From Octopus vulgaris (taxonomy: Eukaryota), in assembly GCA_951406725.2 (NCBI GenBank), contig OX597821.1, forward strand, positions 102,258,001 through 102,320,000: a stretch of DNA of 62,000 nt. The letters run 5' to 3'. The notes beneath the pieces were generated by a model that was not told where the DNA came from, made no database searches, and saw only the letters and a list, made by a program, of their open reading frames with translations. Positions 39,730 to 51,947 of the stretch are shown here, piece by piece. Positions within the stretch are counted from its first letter, which is position 1. Every line of letters starts with the position of its first letter. The position numbers and the translations under genes were made by a program.

Positions 39730-40170
39730 TGACTGGCACCCGTGCCAGTGGAGTGCTAACAGCTCCATCCAAGCGGGATTACTGCCAGAGCAGCTGTCTG
39801 GCTTCCATGCCAGTGACACGTAAAAAGTACCATTTGAACGTGATCATTACCTGCGTTGCCTTGCTGGCACTTGTGCTGGTGGCATGTAACAAAGACGTTC
39901 GAGTGAGGTTGTTGCCAGTGCTGCTGGACTGACTCCTGTGCAGGTGGCATGTAAAAAACACCATTTGAGCGTGGCCATTGACAGTACCACCAGACTGGCA
40001 CGTAAAAGCACCCACTACACTCTCGGAGTGGTTGGCGTTAGGAAGAGCATGCAGCTGTAGAAACTCTGCCAGATCAGATTGGAGCCTGGTGCAGTCATCT
40101 GGTTTGCCAGTCCTCAGTCAAATCGTCCAACCCATGCTAGCATGGAAGCAGACGTTAAACGATGATGATG
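39730..40170 (+). mobile_element. Family C element with hairpin-unit array
   Basis: Repeated ggcacgtaaaaag units, conserved 3' module and (GAT)n tail. Confidence 0.85.
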
Positions 40171-40244
40171 AGCATCATCATATATTTATAAAAAAAGAAG
40201 TTTCAAAACGCCACTATATAAGATAAACTTTAATTTTCTTAGAG

Positions 40245-40292
40245 ATTTTACATGTTTCGGTTCTTCTTGAAAAAACGAACCTTATCAAAAAT
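40245..40292 (-). ncRNA. Decayed type I hammerhead motif
   Basis: ttt-TTGATAA-ggttc..gaacc-GAA-ACATGT-A-aaat. Stems II and III are intact but the core CUGAUGA is mutated. Confidence 0.5.
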
Positions 40293-40431
40293 AGTTTTAA
40301 AAGTTAAGTGTAATAAAAAAAAGTTCATAAGTTTTCTTACTGGTCTCAACAGAGTCCCGTGGTGGTGTTTTGGAAGGGGGGGGGGGCATAATGGCTGTCT
40401 TGTGCATTGACTAGAATTGTTGGTTGTAATT

Positions 40432-40580
40432 GTGAAAATTCATAGCAAAGTGTATAATGAGAAAGAAATACAGCTGACTGTTTAAAAGTGAAGTTTGTGT
40501 TCATATGTTTAATGATGTGAGAATATTAAAAGTAATTAATTAAAATTATAATTATGTGGTGGGAAACAACAGCATTAACT

Positions 40581-40611
<31 letters not shown>

Positions 40612-41227
40612 CTTGAGTTTTCTTCTCTGGAATAATTTGGTGGTGCTGGTGATGGTCTTAGTTTTAGCTGTTGTTATTGTTGATATCGTCTTTGTTGTTG
40701 TTTTGTCCCATCCATGGGCCTGATGGCACAGACCTGTGATCAAAAGCATTTAAATGCTGAATGTCTAATCCTATTTCCAAGGAATATTGCTGGTGGTGCC
40801 ACTGTCAAAATTATTAAACAATCAAATGACTCATGTTAATTGCTCAGACTCACCAAGCACATAAAAAACAATAGTTAAGATAATGTCGCCAGTTTTAAAA
40901 AATGTAATTTGAAATAATTTTCATGTTCATTCAAGTAAATTATTGCATATTAACCTATAATTTTCTTTATCAGTTTTTTTGGCAATTATGCTTAGCTGAA
41001 GAGGTTACATAAGATTGAAACATTTCTAGAGCTACCTTCCATACTTTATTAAAATGGCTAATATTATCTTAATCATTGCGTTAATGCTGTCGTTTCCCAC
41101 CACATAATTATAATTTTAATTAATTACTTTTAATTTTCTCACAACATTAAACATATGAACACACACTTCACTTTTAAACAGTCAGCTGTATTTCTTTCTC
41201 ATCATACACTTTGCTATGAATGTTCAC
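40432..41227. repeat. Long inverted repeat, ~153-bp arms (40432-40584 / 41075-41227), ~490-bp spacer
   Basis: catagcaaagtgtat..gggaaacaacagcattaac is the near-exact reverse complement of gttaatgctgtcgtttccc..cactttgctatg. Confidence 0.9.
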
Positions 41228-41382
41228 CACTCCATCCATACCCTCTCCTCTGACACCAGCACTACTACTCATAAATCTACCAGCTATATCATATAAACTT
41301 ACCTCATATATTCAGAATTTAAAACCAACCTTTCACATTTTCTTTTTCTCTTGTATTTTTCTCTCTCTTTTTCTTTCCACAG

Positions 41383-41441
41383 ACCAGAGCGTTTTAAGCA
41401 ACCTTTTAAGACATTGCCGTTTCTATAGACTATTCCCAGAC
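41383..41441 (+). CDS. NSUN7: NSUN7 coding exon (YQSVLSNLLRHCRFYRLFPD)
   Basis: Long pyrimidine tract plus CAG, donor GTAAGT. T|AC completes Tyr and matches NSUN7 YQDILETILIDSCIFP. Confidence 0.9.
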
Positions 41442-42099
41442 GTAAGTAGAACAGCTAACATGTTGTTGTTGTTGTTGTTGTTACTGTCATTGTTGGTGGT
41501 GCTTAAAACAAATTCTTTTTATTTATTAGTGTTTTACAGACACTTGTTGGAACCTGAATTAGCATGTCTTATAACTTAGTTTGATATTATTATTAATCCA
41601 TTCACACTTACAAATCCTTCTTAGTAATATTAAATCAAAACCCCAGTACTTCAATGATACTTTTTTTTTATTACTTTATTATTCTCTCCTGGCAGAGATG
41701 AAAGGTAAATTTAAACTTGGTGTGATTTGAACTTACAACAGTTGACTAAAGATTGCAAGACTTTAATTGTGTGTCAAGACTCAAATTATTATTATTTTTT
41801 AATTCTCTTCTTTCCAGTTGAAAAATTCTATTTATTTTATTAATGTTTTACAGACACTTATTGGAATCTGAATTTTAATTCTCTTCTTTCCAGTTGAAAA
41901 ATAAGGCTTTGATGGTTCAACATCATAAAACCTTCTTTAGCAAATAAATACTAGTGACAGAAGCAGTGTGAATATCAAATGGAAATCTTTGTATCCAACT
42001 TCACATGGATGTAGTATTAGAATGCTGTATTACTGCAGTATTCTTCCTGAAATCATGGGATTTCAGCAATTCTGCCACCTATGCTTGACAATTCTTGTC

Positions 42100-43910
42100 T
42101 GCTAACTATACATCCATATGGGAGGATCTCTCAAGCCAAATAGTGTGGTAATATGGTGTTCTAACAATACATCCATGTTATGTCAGCTATAAAGATTACC
42201 ATGCAATATTAATACTGCTTTCATTTGTTTTTTAATGAGCCTTCTGGCTATTTGCAACATCTGTGATTGAACAGTCATTGTTTTTGTATATATCGTTGCT
42301 GGTGGAATTTGGCTGGCATGCAATAAGCAGATACCTGCTTCTGATAAAGCACATGTACACTGAAATCATGTGATCTAGCAGGTCTGCCATCCTTGCTAGT
42401 TGATTCTCATCTGCTAAAGATATGTCTGTGCTCCTTAGCAATGTGCATCCATATTAGAGAATCTCTCAGGGTGAATATTGCAGCAATACAACATTCTAAC
42501 AATACACCCATGTTGAGTTGGACATAAAGATTGCCATTCAGTATTAATACTGCTGTAGGGAATACGACCGTATGTAAGGAGTTGGTGACAAATGTCTTCT
42601 TTTGAATGCCACATGGTCGTCCCTAGCAAAATAAGAAGCTAAATACATAATATAAAATACAATGCCAAAGGAATGAATGAAGGACAACAACCGTTCTACT
42701 GTTTGAGAGAGAATAAGACTTTATTTACAAGGTGTACAAAGAGAGTGTGTGTGGGTGCTAGCAAAGTGTTTGTGTGCATGCGCGCGACAAGTATTTGTGT
42801 CTGTGTGTTCGTGTGTGTGACAGAAGGTACAAATAATAGTGTATGCACATAAAACAGAAATACTGAGCATAAGATGAATGTCTCAGCATATTGAGTTAAG
42901 ATGGAATTAGTTTACCAGTTCATGAGGTACACAATAGCAAACAGTTCTTTAACAAGATGTTGTGGACATGAAGCAGAGGCCGGTTGGGGCACATGCCGTG
43001 CAGCGCTTGGAGCCTCAATGCCGTGCCAAGTCTCTTGATACAGATAGTTCTTCGGGTAGACTGCAACTGTTTTACCTTGGTGCATATTCACAAACAGTGT
43101 GAGTTTTAAACCTGGTCAATGTTGGTGTGTACATATTTGAAGTTGATGGTGGTAATGGCGATGGTGGTGGAGATGTCCTGCACTGCTGGTGTACATTAGT
43201 GTTGTCATGGCTGGATCAGGAACATGGCTGGCTAGCTGATCGTCTGTTGCTGGAACTGGAACATGGCTGAGTATCTCTGTGGTTAGTGACCAGACCTTAG
43301 ATGGTCTAAAGTCAAAAAGACCCGGAATAGTGAATGCTGGCCTATTTATAGCCTGTTGTAGGCTCAAATGAAGGATCAGAAAAACAGTGCAGTGAGACCT
43401 TATCCAAAGGTCGTGATTGGTTGGCTTACACACTGGCGCGAAATAAGTCGAAAGACAAACTGTGCCAAATGCCAACCAATCAGAGCAGTGGACACAACAG
43501 GGTCAAGCTAGCCAAAGATGGTTGTAAATCTACCACGAGATTATTCCTTATATGTCTCTCAAACAGTGAGGATATCAATTACGCTACACTGCTATACTGC
43601 TTCCATCACTAGTATTTATTTTTAAAAGCCTGGCAACTATTTGCAACATCAGTAACTAAACAGTCACTGTGTCTATATATCACTGGCAGTGGAATTTGAC
43701 TGGCATGCAGTAAGCAGATGCCTGCTACTGATGAAGTGCATGTATGCTGAAGTCACATGATCTAGCAGTTCTACCACCCATGCCAGATGATTCTCATTTG
43801 CTAACAATACGTATGTGCTTCTTAGCACTTTATGTCTATATAAGAGGATCTCTCAAGATGAATAGCACAGTAATATGGTGTTTTAACAATACATTCATGT
43901 ACAGGATATA
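42100..43910. repeat. Diverged direct repeats of an unidentified element (42232-42520 and 43622-43910, plus partial 42110-42185) flanking a probable Gypsy remnant (42640-43560, minus)
   Basis: ctatttgcaacatc..aacagtca..ggaattt.ctggcatgca.taagcagat.cctgct..gatctagcag is shared. The intervening DNA has HLAQFVF-like integrase tail and an aataaa-containing LTR-like segment. Confidence 0.5.
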
Positions 43911-45543
43911 AAAATTGCCCTCTTCAGCAACTTTCTAATCCTTGTTCCAGGTAAGACCCATTCCACTCAGCTTACCTTCAACTAGTCTACATCTACACCA
44001 GGTGTTTTTAGACTGTCCTGGCTTTTACTTTTTAAATGGTGTCCATTTAATCCTTTAGTATTCAGATGATTCTGTCAAGTATAATACTTATTTATTCACA
44101 TTGCTTTGAATTAATTATGTATTATCTTGTAGCTTCAAGATTTTGATGATGTGATTGTTTATTTTTAAAATAACATTTTACGGTTAATGTGCGAGGCTGG
44201 TTTCTGGCTGGTTTGAGCATAAAACAGGTGGAATATTTTGGCCTGATATGGTCGCTTTAAATGCTATGTTTGGGACTCTTTTCACTGTCAGCATTTTATT
44301 TCGAGGATCTCAAGTATCAAACAAGGAGTTGTATCTTAAAAAGAGACACAAGATCAGATATGTTGATGGTGGGCATAGTCAATTTTTATCAACTGCAGGC
44401 ATCGGTGCCAGTACAGCTGTCTGACTAAGAAGCTTGCTTTCCATCCATGTGGTCATGAGTTCAGTTCCACTACATGGCACCTTAGGCAAAAGCTTTCTAC
44501 TTTGGCCCAGTTCACAGCACAGCTCCTTATTTGATACTCTGTTGGATCAGATGTAACAGACTTTCCTCTGGCTCCCATTGTGGAAAGTATTGCCCTTATT
44601 CACATTTTCTTTTATTATCCATTAGTATTGTGAGTCATACATTACAACAGATTTGACATTGCTTTTATAGAAAATATGTATCAGTGACAGAGGCAGTGTC
44701 AATACTGAAAGGTATTATCTATCCCCACTTAAACTCAGATGTATTGTAAGAACAAACTATACTGTTGTAGATATCATGGGAGAAACTCTCATATTGGCCT
44801 TTGGTGCAAAATGTATTCTTGTTTATATCACTAATGGAGAGATAAATCCCTGCCATCTTCAGTGCCAAGACTACCGGATCATGTGATTTCAACCATCCTT
44901 GGTTTCGTCAGTGGTAGACCCTCGACTGCTAACAGGTAGCAGCAATTCATCTCCCCACCAGTGATATATAAAATAACAGAGCCAGAACAGGCGCTGGTGT
45001 TGTGATTAGTCAGTGAACTTGTTAAAAAATATATATTAGTAACAAAGCTCATATTAATATTCTTTTCTACTGTAGGCACAAGATCCGAAATTTTTAGGAA
45101 GGGGGCAATTCGATTAGATCGACCCTAGTATGCAACTGGTACTTAATTTATTGACATTTTTGATAATGAAGATGATAATAATGAATGATGGTGATAAAGA
45201 TGATAATGGAGATGGCAATGATGAAGGTGAAGATAGTAATGCTGAAGCTGATGTTGTGGCAATAATGATGACGATAGTAATGATGATGGTGAAAGATATG
45301 ATGACAAATGGTAATGATGATAGTGATGATGATGATGATGATGATAATGCTGATAATGATGGTGATAGTAATAATGATAATGGTAATGATGATGATGATG
45401 TTGATAGTAATGATGATGATGATAGTGATAATGATGGTGTTGGTGATGATGGCAATGATGGTTATAGTAATAATAACAAAAGTGATACAGATACTGTTGG
45501 TAATGGTAATAATGATGCTTTTTTCAAATTTTTGTACTTCCAG

Positions 45544-45824
45544 TTAGTTTCTCACCACTCCACTGTCATGGTTGTTCTTTACGACCTGGTGAAGGCCAGA
45601 TTCGAAGAACCGCAAGTAAAAAGCAATGAAACCCTGTCTTTGATAGGAGAAATAGAGCGAGCTGTTTATTCATGCAAGACAAAGTTAAGCGCTTGGTTAG
45701 CCAGACACCGTATCAAGGCAAATGCCTTGTCTCTAGATTCTCTTTTACCTGAACAGGTACGATCAAAGGACAAGATTAGTTCACAGATGAATGTTTATAT
45801 TTGGGTTAATCAACTCAAAACGAG
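45544..45824 (+). CDS. NSUN7: NSUN7 coding exon
   Basis: VMVVLYDL..KTKLSAWLARHRIKANALSLDSLLPEQVR..YIWVNQLK matches NSUN7 KIKLAAALARCRIKHDAL..ILPETVR..YAWINTCK. Phase 0 in, phase 2 out, AG/GT ends. Confidence 0.95.
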
Positions 45825-45864
45825 GTAAATTATTATTTTCTTGTGTGTCTGTATCTTGTTTTTT

Positions 45865-46083
45865 TCATTACCAACCCGGCTGAAACTGGCTCTAGTTTTG
45901 AGTACAAATGTCTTGTTTTTATAAGTTTTGAATTAAAATCTTTCACCAAACCTTAGTCACAATTTATGTTCCTAACACTAGCTCAATGATAACTAAGTTA
46001 TTTTACTAAATTCTTTGTTATATTTAAAGTAATTCAAAGAAACACAGAGCATCTCAAAATAAATATGGTAACGAAAGGGTTAA
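45865..46083. mobile_element. piggyBac-type MITE, 5'-eroded
   Basis: Ends tggtaacgaaagggttaa (GGG plus TTAA). The left end retains ttaccaacccgg. Confidence 0.6.
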
Positions 46084-46237
46084 GAAAGGCAGGAAAGAAG
46101 AGAGAAATGAATGTATATATATATATATATATATATATAACGGGAAGCTTTATGAAAATAGACAAAAGACGAAGGCAGGTGGAAAACAAACAAACAATTG
46201 TATTAGTATGGCGCTCAGGAAATATAAATAAAACAAG

Positions 46238-46275
46238 TCTTTAACGTTTCGAGCCTACGCTCTTCAACAGAAAGA
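46238..46275 (-). ncRNA. Minimal type I hammerhead motif in a PLE-derived mini-element
   Basis: tcttt-CTGTTGA-A-gagc(gtag)gctc-GAA-ACGT-T-aaaga. Perfect stems I and II and palindromic stem III, with A6->U in the core. Confidence 0.7.
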
Positions 46276-46356
46276 TACACAGAGAGAAAAAAAACACAGA
46301 AAGAAGGAGAGAAAAAAAAAAAAATGCGTGCAGTAACTAACGAATCAACATGGCGA

Positions 46357-46552
<196 letters not shown>

Positions 46553-46852
46553 TTAAAAATGAAAAAATTGGATTATCTCCCCAATTGAAAAATTGTTTAA
46601 CTCTCTATAAAGCAAAAAAAAAAAGAAGAAAAATGAATAATCATGAAAAGTGAAAATATTATTGAATCAGATAATATTTGTGTAACAAACCATACAAAAC
46701 TGAAAAATTTAATAAACATGAAAACTGAAAAAACTAAACATCTTACTGAATCTAATAATATTTTTATAACAAAATAATACCATGCGCATTGAGGGGGGCC
46801 AAAAGTTAACAATATGTTGAAGTACTGAATCAAAAGGATCTAACTCTTTTAG

Positions 46853-47221
46853 TGGCACTCTGTCGGTTATGACAACGAGGGTTCCAGTTGAACTGATCAA
46901 CGGAATAGCCTGCTCATGAAATTAACGTGCAAGTGGCTGAGCACTCCAGAAACATGTGTACCCTTAATGTAGTTCTCAGGGAGATTCAGCGTGACACAGG
47001 CTGGCCCTTTGAAATACAGGTACAACAGAAACAGGAAGAAAGAGTGAGAGAAAATTGTGGTGAAAGAGTACAGCAGAGTTCGCCACCACCACCTGCCGGA
47101 GCCTCGTGGAGCTTTAAGTGTTTTCGCTCAATAAACACTCATAATGCCCGGTCTGGGGATTGAAACCGCAATCCTATAACAGCGAGTTTGCTGCCCTAAC
47201 CACTGAGCCATTGCGCCTCCT
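46853..47221 (-). mobile_element. SINE family D (tRNA-like head ggcgcaatggctcagtggttagggcag), full length
   Basis: Homologous to 56815-56996 (minus) and 47812-48110 (plus). Confidence 0.85.
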
Positions 47222-48469
47222 ATATGTATATTTTGCTTAGGCATAGTGAGACTAACGCTCTGATGTCCAGAACACAATGTTAGATGAGCATAGAGTGGTA
47301 ACAGAAACAAAGAGATGACACCGGAAATAATAAATGTTATATAATGAACTTCATAACCAAAAAGTACCAAAAAGGTAGCCACTATGTTCATTATATTATG
47401 ATTATCATAGTTTGAATCCTAATCATAAATATGATGCAGGGGAGATTACTTGTGAACAAAATAAAAAAATAACTCATTCCGTAGATCCTTAATTAGCTGA
47501 ATTGCAATTACAAAACCTTTTCTGAAATACTGATAAATGCTGAAGATGAACAATTGTTTTGATATAGACGTTTATAATCGTGTCTCAGCACAGAAAGGAG
47601 AAGTGAACAGTAAGATAGATAAAAAAAAAAGAAGAAAAAAGAAAAGGACATGAAAGATGAAAGAAAACTTAGGGAGCTGAAGGAAAGTAATAAATAAATA
47701 AATTATTAAATAAAGGTTTTCTACTTCAATTCTTGTTACTCTGATCTGAGTAAATACGCCTCATTTAGGGTGGTTGTGATCGGTTTTGTAAATACAATCA
47801 TGTCTGATGTGGAGACACATGGCCTAGTGGTTAGAGCAGCGGACTCGTGGTTGAGGGATCGTAGGTTCGAATCTCAGACTGGGCGATGTTTGTGTTTATG
47901 AGCGAAACATCTAAGCTCCACGTGGCTCTGGCAGAAGGTAATGGCGAAACTTCTGCTGACTCTTTTGCCACAACTTTCTCTCACTCTTTCCTCCTGCATC
48001 TTGCAGCTCACCTGCGATGGACTGGCATCCTGTCCAGGTGGGGAACCTATATGCCAAGGAAACTGGGAAACCGGCCCTTATGAGCCAGGCATGGCTTGAG
48101 AAGGAACAAACATCATGTCTGATACCATTGAACACCATCAATTTGACATGTTTATTGTTCAGAATTAGTCTTTTTTCAGGTGTACAGTGGTTACATTGTT
48201 GCTGCCATTCACATAAGACTTATACATATCAACAATTCTCTAGCTAATGACACAGTTTACAGACTTTTCTCACAATAACCATATGTAATTTGATAGTAAT
48301 GCAGCATCTTTCTCAATGTCTCTGACATAAGAGGTGATATTATGAAACCATCTTTTAAATGGCCCTTCACTTCCAATATACACCCTCAGGATGGTCCCCT
48401 GGTTCAAGTATAAAGATTTTACTGGCCTGTGCATTGCAAGCATGCAGCACTACATATATATATATATAT

Positions 48470-49080
48470 ATATGAGAAATCAGCCTCCATGGGCCAACTT
48501 TGTCAATCATCCTTCCTCGGTTGATAAAATAAGGTGCTTATCAAGAACTGGAAGTGTTATAATCTACCGTCCCTCTTCAGATTTCTGATCTTTTACCTAT
48601 GTTACAAGTAAGTATTAACCTTGTGTCTTAATCATTAATTGAATTGAAAACTCAAGAAAAATCCAAGATTTTCAAGGGAAGAAATGTATATATGGGTAAA
48701 TGTCCACAATATCAAAGTGGATGTATTTGCTGGCTACTTCATTTCCAATGCCATGGAATGAATTAACAATAATAACACTGCAGTTCTACCATTTTAAATT
48801 CATGTTGCTTCTAATTTCGAGGTTGATATGGCTGAGAATATGCTTGTTAATTATTTCTAACTTGGTTTTGAAAGGTTTGATTAACATATATTTGGGATAA
48901 GAAAGGATACAGTTCTATATTTAAGAGATGAGGAATTATGTACATTATTTACATTTGACGGATATTCGTCCTCATCTTATTTGTTGTTAACACAACATTT
49001 CAGCTGATAAACCCTCCAGCCTTCATCAGGTGTCTTGGGGAAATTTCAAACCTAGGTTCTCATTGTCATCGTACGAAATA
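48470..49080 (-). mobile_element. Penelope-like element relic: RT fragment and 5' pLTR with hammerhead
   Basis: KHILSHINLEIRSNMNLKW.NCS..F.GIGNEVASKYIHFDIVDIY (PLE RT motifs), with the hammerhead at 48989-49034 upstream. Confidence 0.75.
48989..49034 (-). ncRNA. Type I hammerhead motif with two CpG-type decay mutations
   Basis: gacac-CTGATGA-A-ggctg..cagct-GAA-ATGT-T-gtgtt. Confidence 0.65.
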
Positions 49081-50160
49081 TATCAGAAAGCAATAAAAAC
49101 AAACTTATAAATTGACTAAATATGCATTTCTTGTCTAAATCTGTCTGACTATGAGGAAAGCCTCAGGAAAATCCTCTGAATAGGTAAGTTTTTGATCTCT
49201 GCTGCAAAGGACAGTAAAGGCATCAGCACTTCAAGAGAAAAGAAATGTTGACAACCTGTCTACTGGATTAACAAGACTGAAAAACAAGCAGTAAAATATC
49301 TGCTTTCTCTGTCTTTCTCTTTCTTGAGCACTCACTTTTGTTTCTTTTCTCGAAAATAATAGAATGCAAAGAAAATAACATCACTGCTCTTACTATGATG
49401 GAACACAAGCAGTAAAAAATTTGCTTTTCCTTCCCAATGTTTCTGTTGACGACACCACTGAAAGGCAAGCAGTAAAGTATCAATAATCAATTATGTATTT
49501 ATTTCTTTATTGTCCACAGGGAGCTAAACATAGAGGGGACAAACAAGGACAGGCAAAGGGATTAAGTCGATGACATCAACAACAGGGCATAACTGGTACC
49601 TAGTTAATTGACCCCGAAAGGATGAAAGGCAAAGTCGACTTCAGCGGAATTTGAACTCAGAACATAACGGCAGATGAAATACCGCTAAACATTTCGCCCA
49701 GTGTGCTAACAATTCTGCCAGCTTGCCACCCTATAATCAATTATATATTACATAAAAATTATTTATTGTGGAACAATAGTAAGGCATGCAGTGCGTGCGT
49801 TGCATACATTGACCCTTCACCCTAGTATGTATGTATGTATGTATGTATGTATATCCTGAAGACAAATATATATTTATTACAAGCATGCATGAGTACATAA
49901 TACATAAATACATATGCACATATATACGTACATACACGAATACTTGCATATCTACATGACTTCCAGGTTGATGTCTAAATTCCAATGAAAGGACCTTTTT
50001 GGGGGTTGAAGACTGACTCTTTATCTATTGGCAAGACAGTTGAATAATTAAACCACAAGGACATTCATATATGCACATACATATATATATAGATGTATGT
50101 ATACACATACTAATATACATTCATTACATAGTTTTTTTTCTTTTACTTTTTATTTTTCAG

Positions 50161-50341
50161 TATAGAGAAAGTAATAGATATCTTCTCGGAAGAGGGCTTC
50201 GTACTGACAACTGACAACACAGAACGAGGCAAAGTATTTGCCAGAGATCGTCATTGTTCCGATGTTCTTGTCTTCCCACCTGCTTTTAAAATGTATCTGA
50301 GGCAACACCAACTCTTTAAAGATGGAAACATAGTACTACAG
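50161..50341 (+). CDS. NSUN7: NSUN7 coding exon
   Basis: IEKVIDIFSEEGF..VFARDRHCSDVLVFP..LFKDGNIVLQ matches VFAVDQHCYDVLIFP..LFKDYKLIFQ. Phase 2 in, phase 0 out. Confidence 0.95.
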
Positions 50342-50621
50342 GTATGTGGTGGTGATGGTGGTGGTGAAAGTGGTGGTGGGAGCTTTGTTAAGGCATGGTG
50401 GTAAGTGCTACAGTCATTCTGGTAGTAATGTTGTAGTAGTAGTAGTAGTAGTAGTAGTAGTAAAGAGTATAATGATGAATGGTAGGACAAAGGTGGTATT
50501 GGTTACAGTATTGATAGTTGTTCACGGTAGCGAGTGATAATAATTATTGAACTGGATGATGAGGATTCTCATATTGAAATGAAACGAGTTACTATGAGTA
50601 ATCAATCATACCTTTAACTCC

Positions 50622-50658
<37 letters not shown>

Positions 50659-50806
50659 TCATCATCATCATCATCATCATCATTTAGCGTCCGTTTTCCA
50701 TGCTAGCATGGGTTGGACGGTTCAACTGGGGTCTGGGGAGCCCGAAGGCTGCACCAGGCCAGTCAGATCTGGCAGTGTTTCTACAGCTGGATGCCCTTCC
50801 TAACGC

Positions 50807-50887
<81 letters not shown>

Positions 50888-50893
50888 GTGGGG

Positions 50894-51365
50894 AGAGCAA
50901 TAAGAAAATGGAGGGGATCAATAGGTGGTATTCATCAACTTTTAGACATTATATTATGTCAATTTATTTATTTATTTACTAAAATGACAATTACAACAAT
51001 ATACATACATGTATAACATTCTGCTTTACATTTATAATATATAAAGATACCAGTACTCCCTTCTAAACACATCTAATATGTATGTACCTATGAGTATGTA
51101 TATATATATGTATGTTCCTCATGTATATGCAGTTTCGTTCTTACATAACTAAAATATATTGATTTTATAAATTACAATATAACTCCTCTTGTAACTTTCT
51201 CATACCTCTGTTTATATTTTATCTAATATGAATAATATAATATGTTATACATGTATGTATATTGTTGTAATTGTCATTTTAGTAAATAAATAAATAAATT
51301 CATATAATATAATGTCTAAAAGTTGATGAACCACCTATTGGTCCCCTCCATTTTCTTATTGCTCT
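50894..51365. repeat. Long inverted repeat, ~125-bp arms (50894-51019 / 51242-51365)
   Basis: agagcaataagaaaatggagggga..gtataacat versus atgttatac..ccctccattttcttattgctct. Confidence 0.9.
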
Positions 51366-51533
51366 ATAAATTAATGGTAAAATAACTCTTTAACCTCACC
51401 CATTTATTACACTCGGTAATGTAATTGCAATGCAATAGAAAAACACTTGTGTATTAATAATTGGGTATTCTGCCAGCAGTATATTGGATAGATATTATCC
51501 CTTAGTTGGTTGGATTCAAAACCAACTTTCTTG

Positions 51534-51595
<62 letters not shown>

Positions 51596-51725
51596 GGATA
51601 ATATCGTTAATTTGAATACCAATCTTATCAGGTGGCCAGCATGGGAATAAAATCCTTCAAAGGTAATAATTATTATTAAAATTATAATTTAGGGTATCTA
51701 AGAAATAGCGGAATTTAGGGTATCA

Positions 51726-51947
51726 CTGGAAATAGCGGCTGTAACTTGACTCTAAAACCACACTAAATGTTTATACAGCACCAAGAGGGAAGACAAAATA
51801 AACTAGCAAAAAAATTACTGGATAATTCCAGAACCTGGATTTCTGGCTTTGCATAAGAAATGCTCTGCCTTCATCAGTGTCTTCTCTCCTGGTGCTGTAT
51901 AAACATTTAATGTGGTTTTAGAGTCAAGTTATGGCTGCTATTTCCAG
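51726..51947. repeat. 70-bp inverted repeat (51726-51795 / 51878-51947) enclosing a decayed hammerhead (51836-51880, minus)
   Basis: Arms differ at about 6 positions. The spacer has gatttctggc..gccttcatcag. Confidence 0.8.

Noticed and set aside
45130-45543. Asp-rich N-terminal half of the 232-aa ORF
   Set aside because: It is an intronic (GAT)n tract. NSUN7 homology begins at the AG at 45543, and the exon joins 41441 in phase.
47485-47610. AG..GTAAGA-bounded segment in an NSUN7 intron as a cassette exon
   Set aside because: It has stops in all three frames, and the flanking exons join directly in phase.
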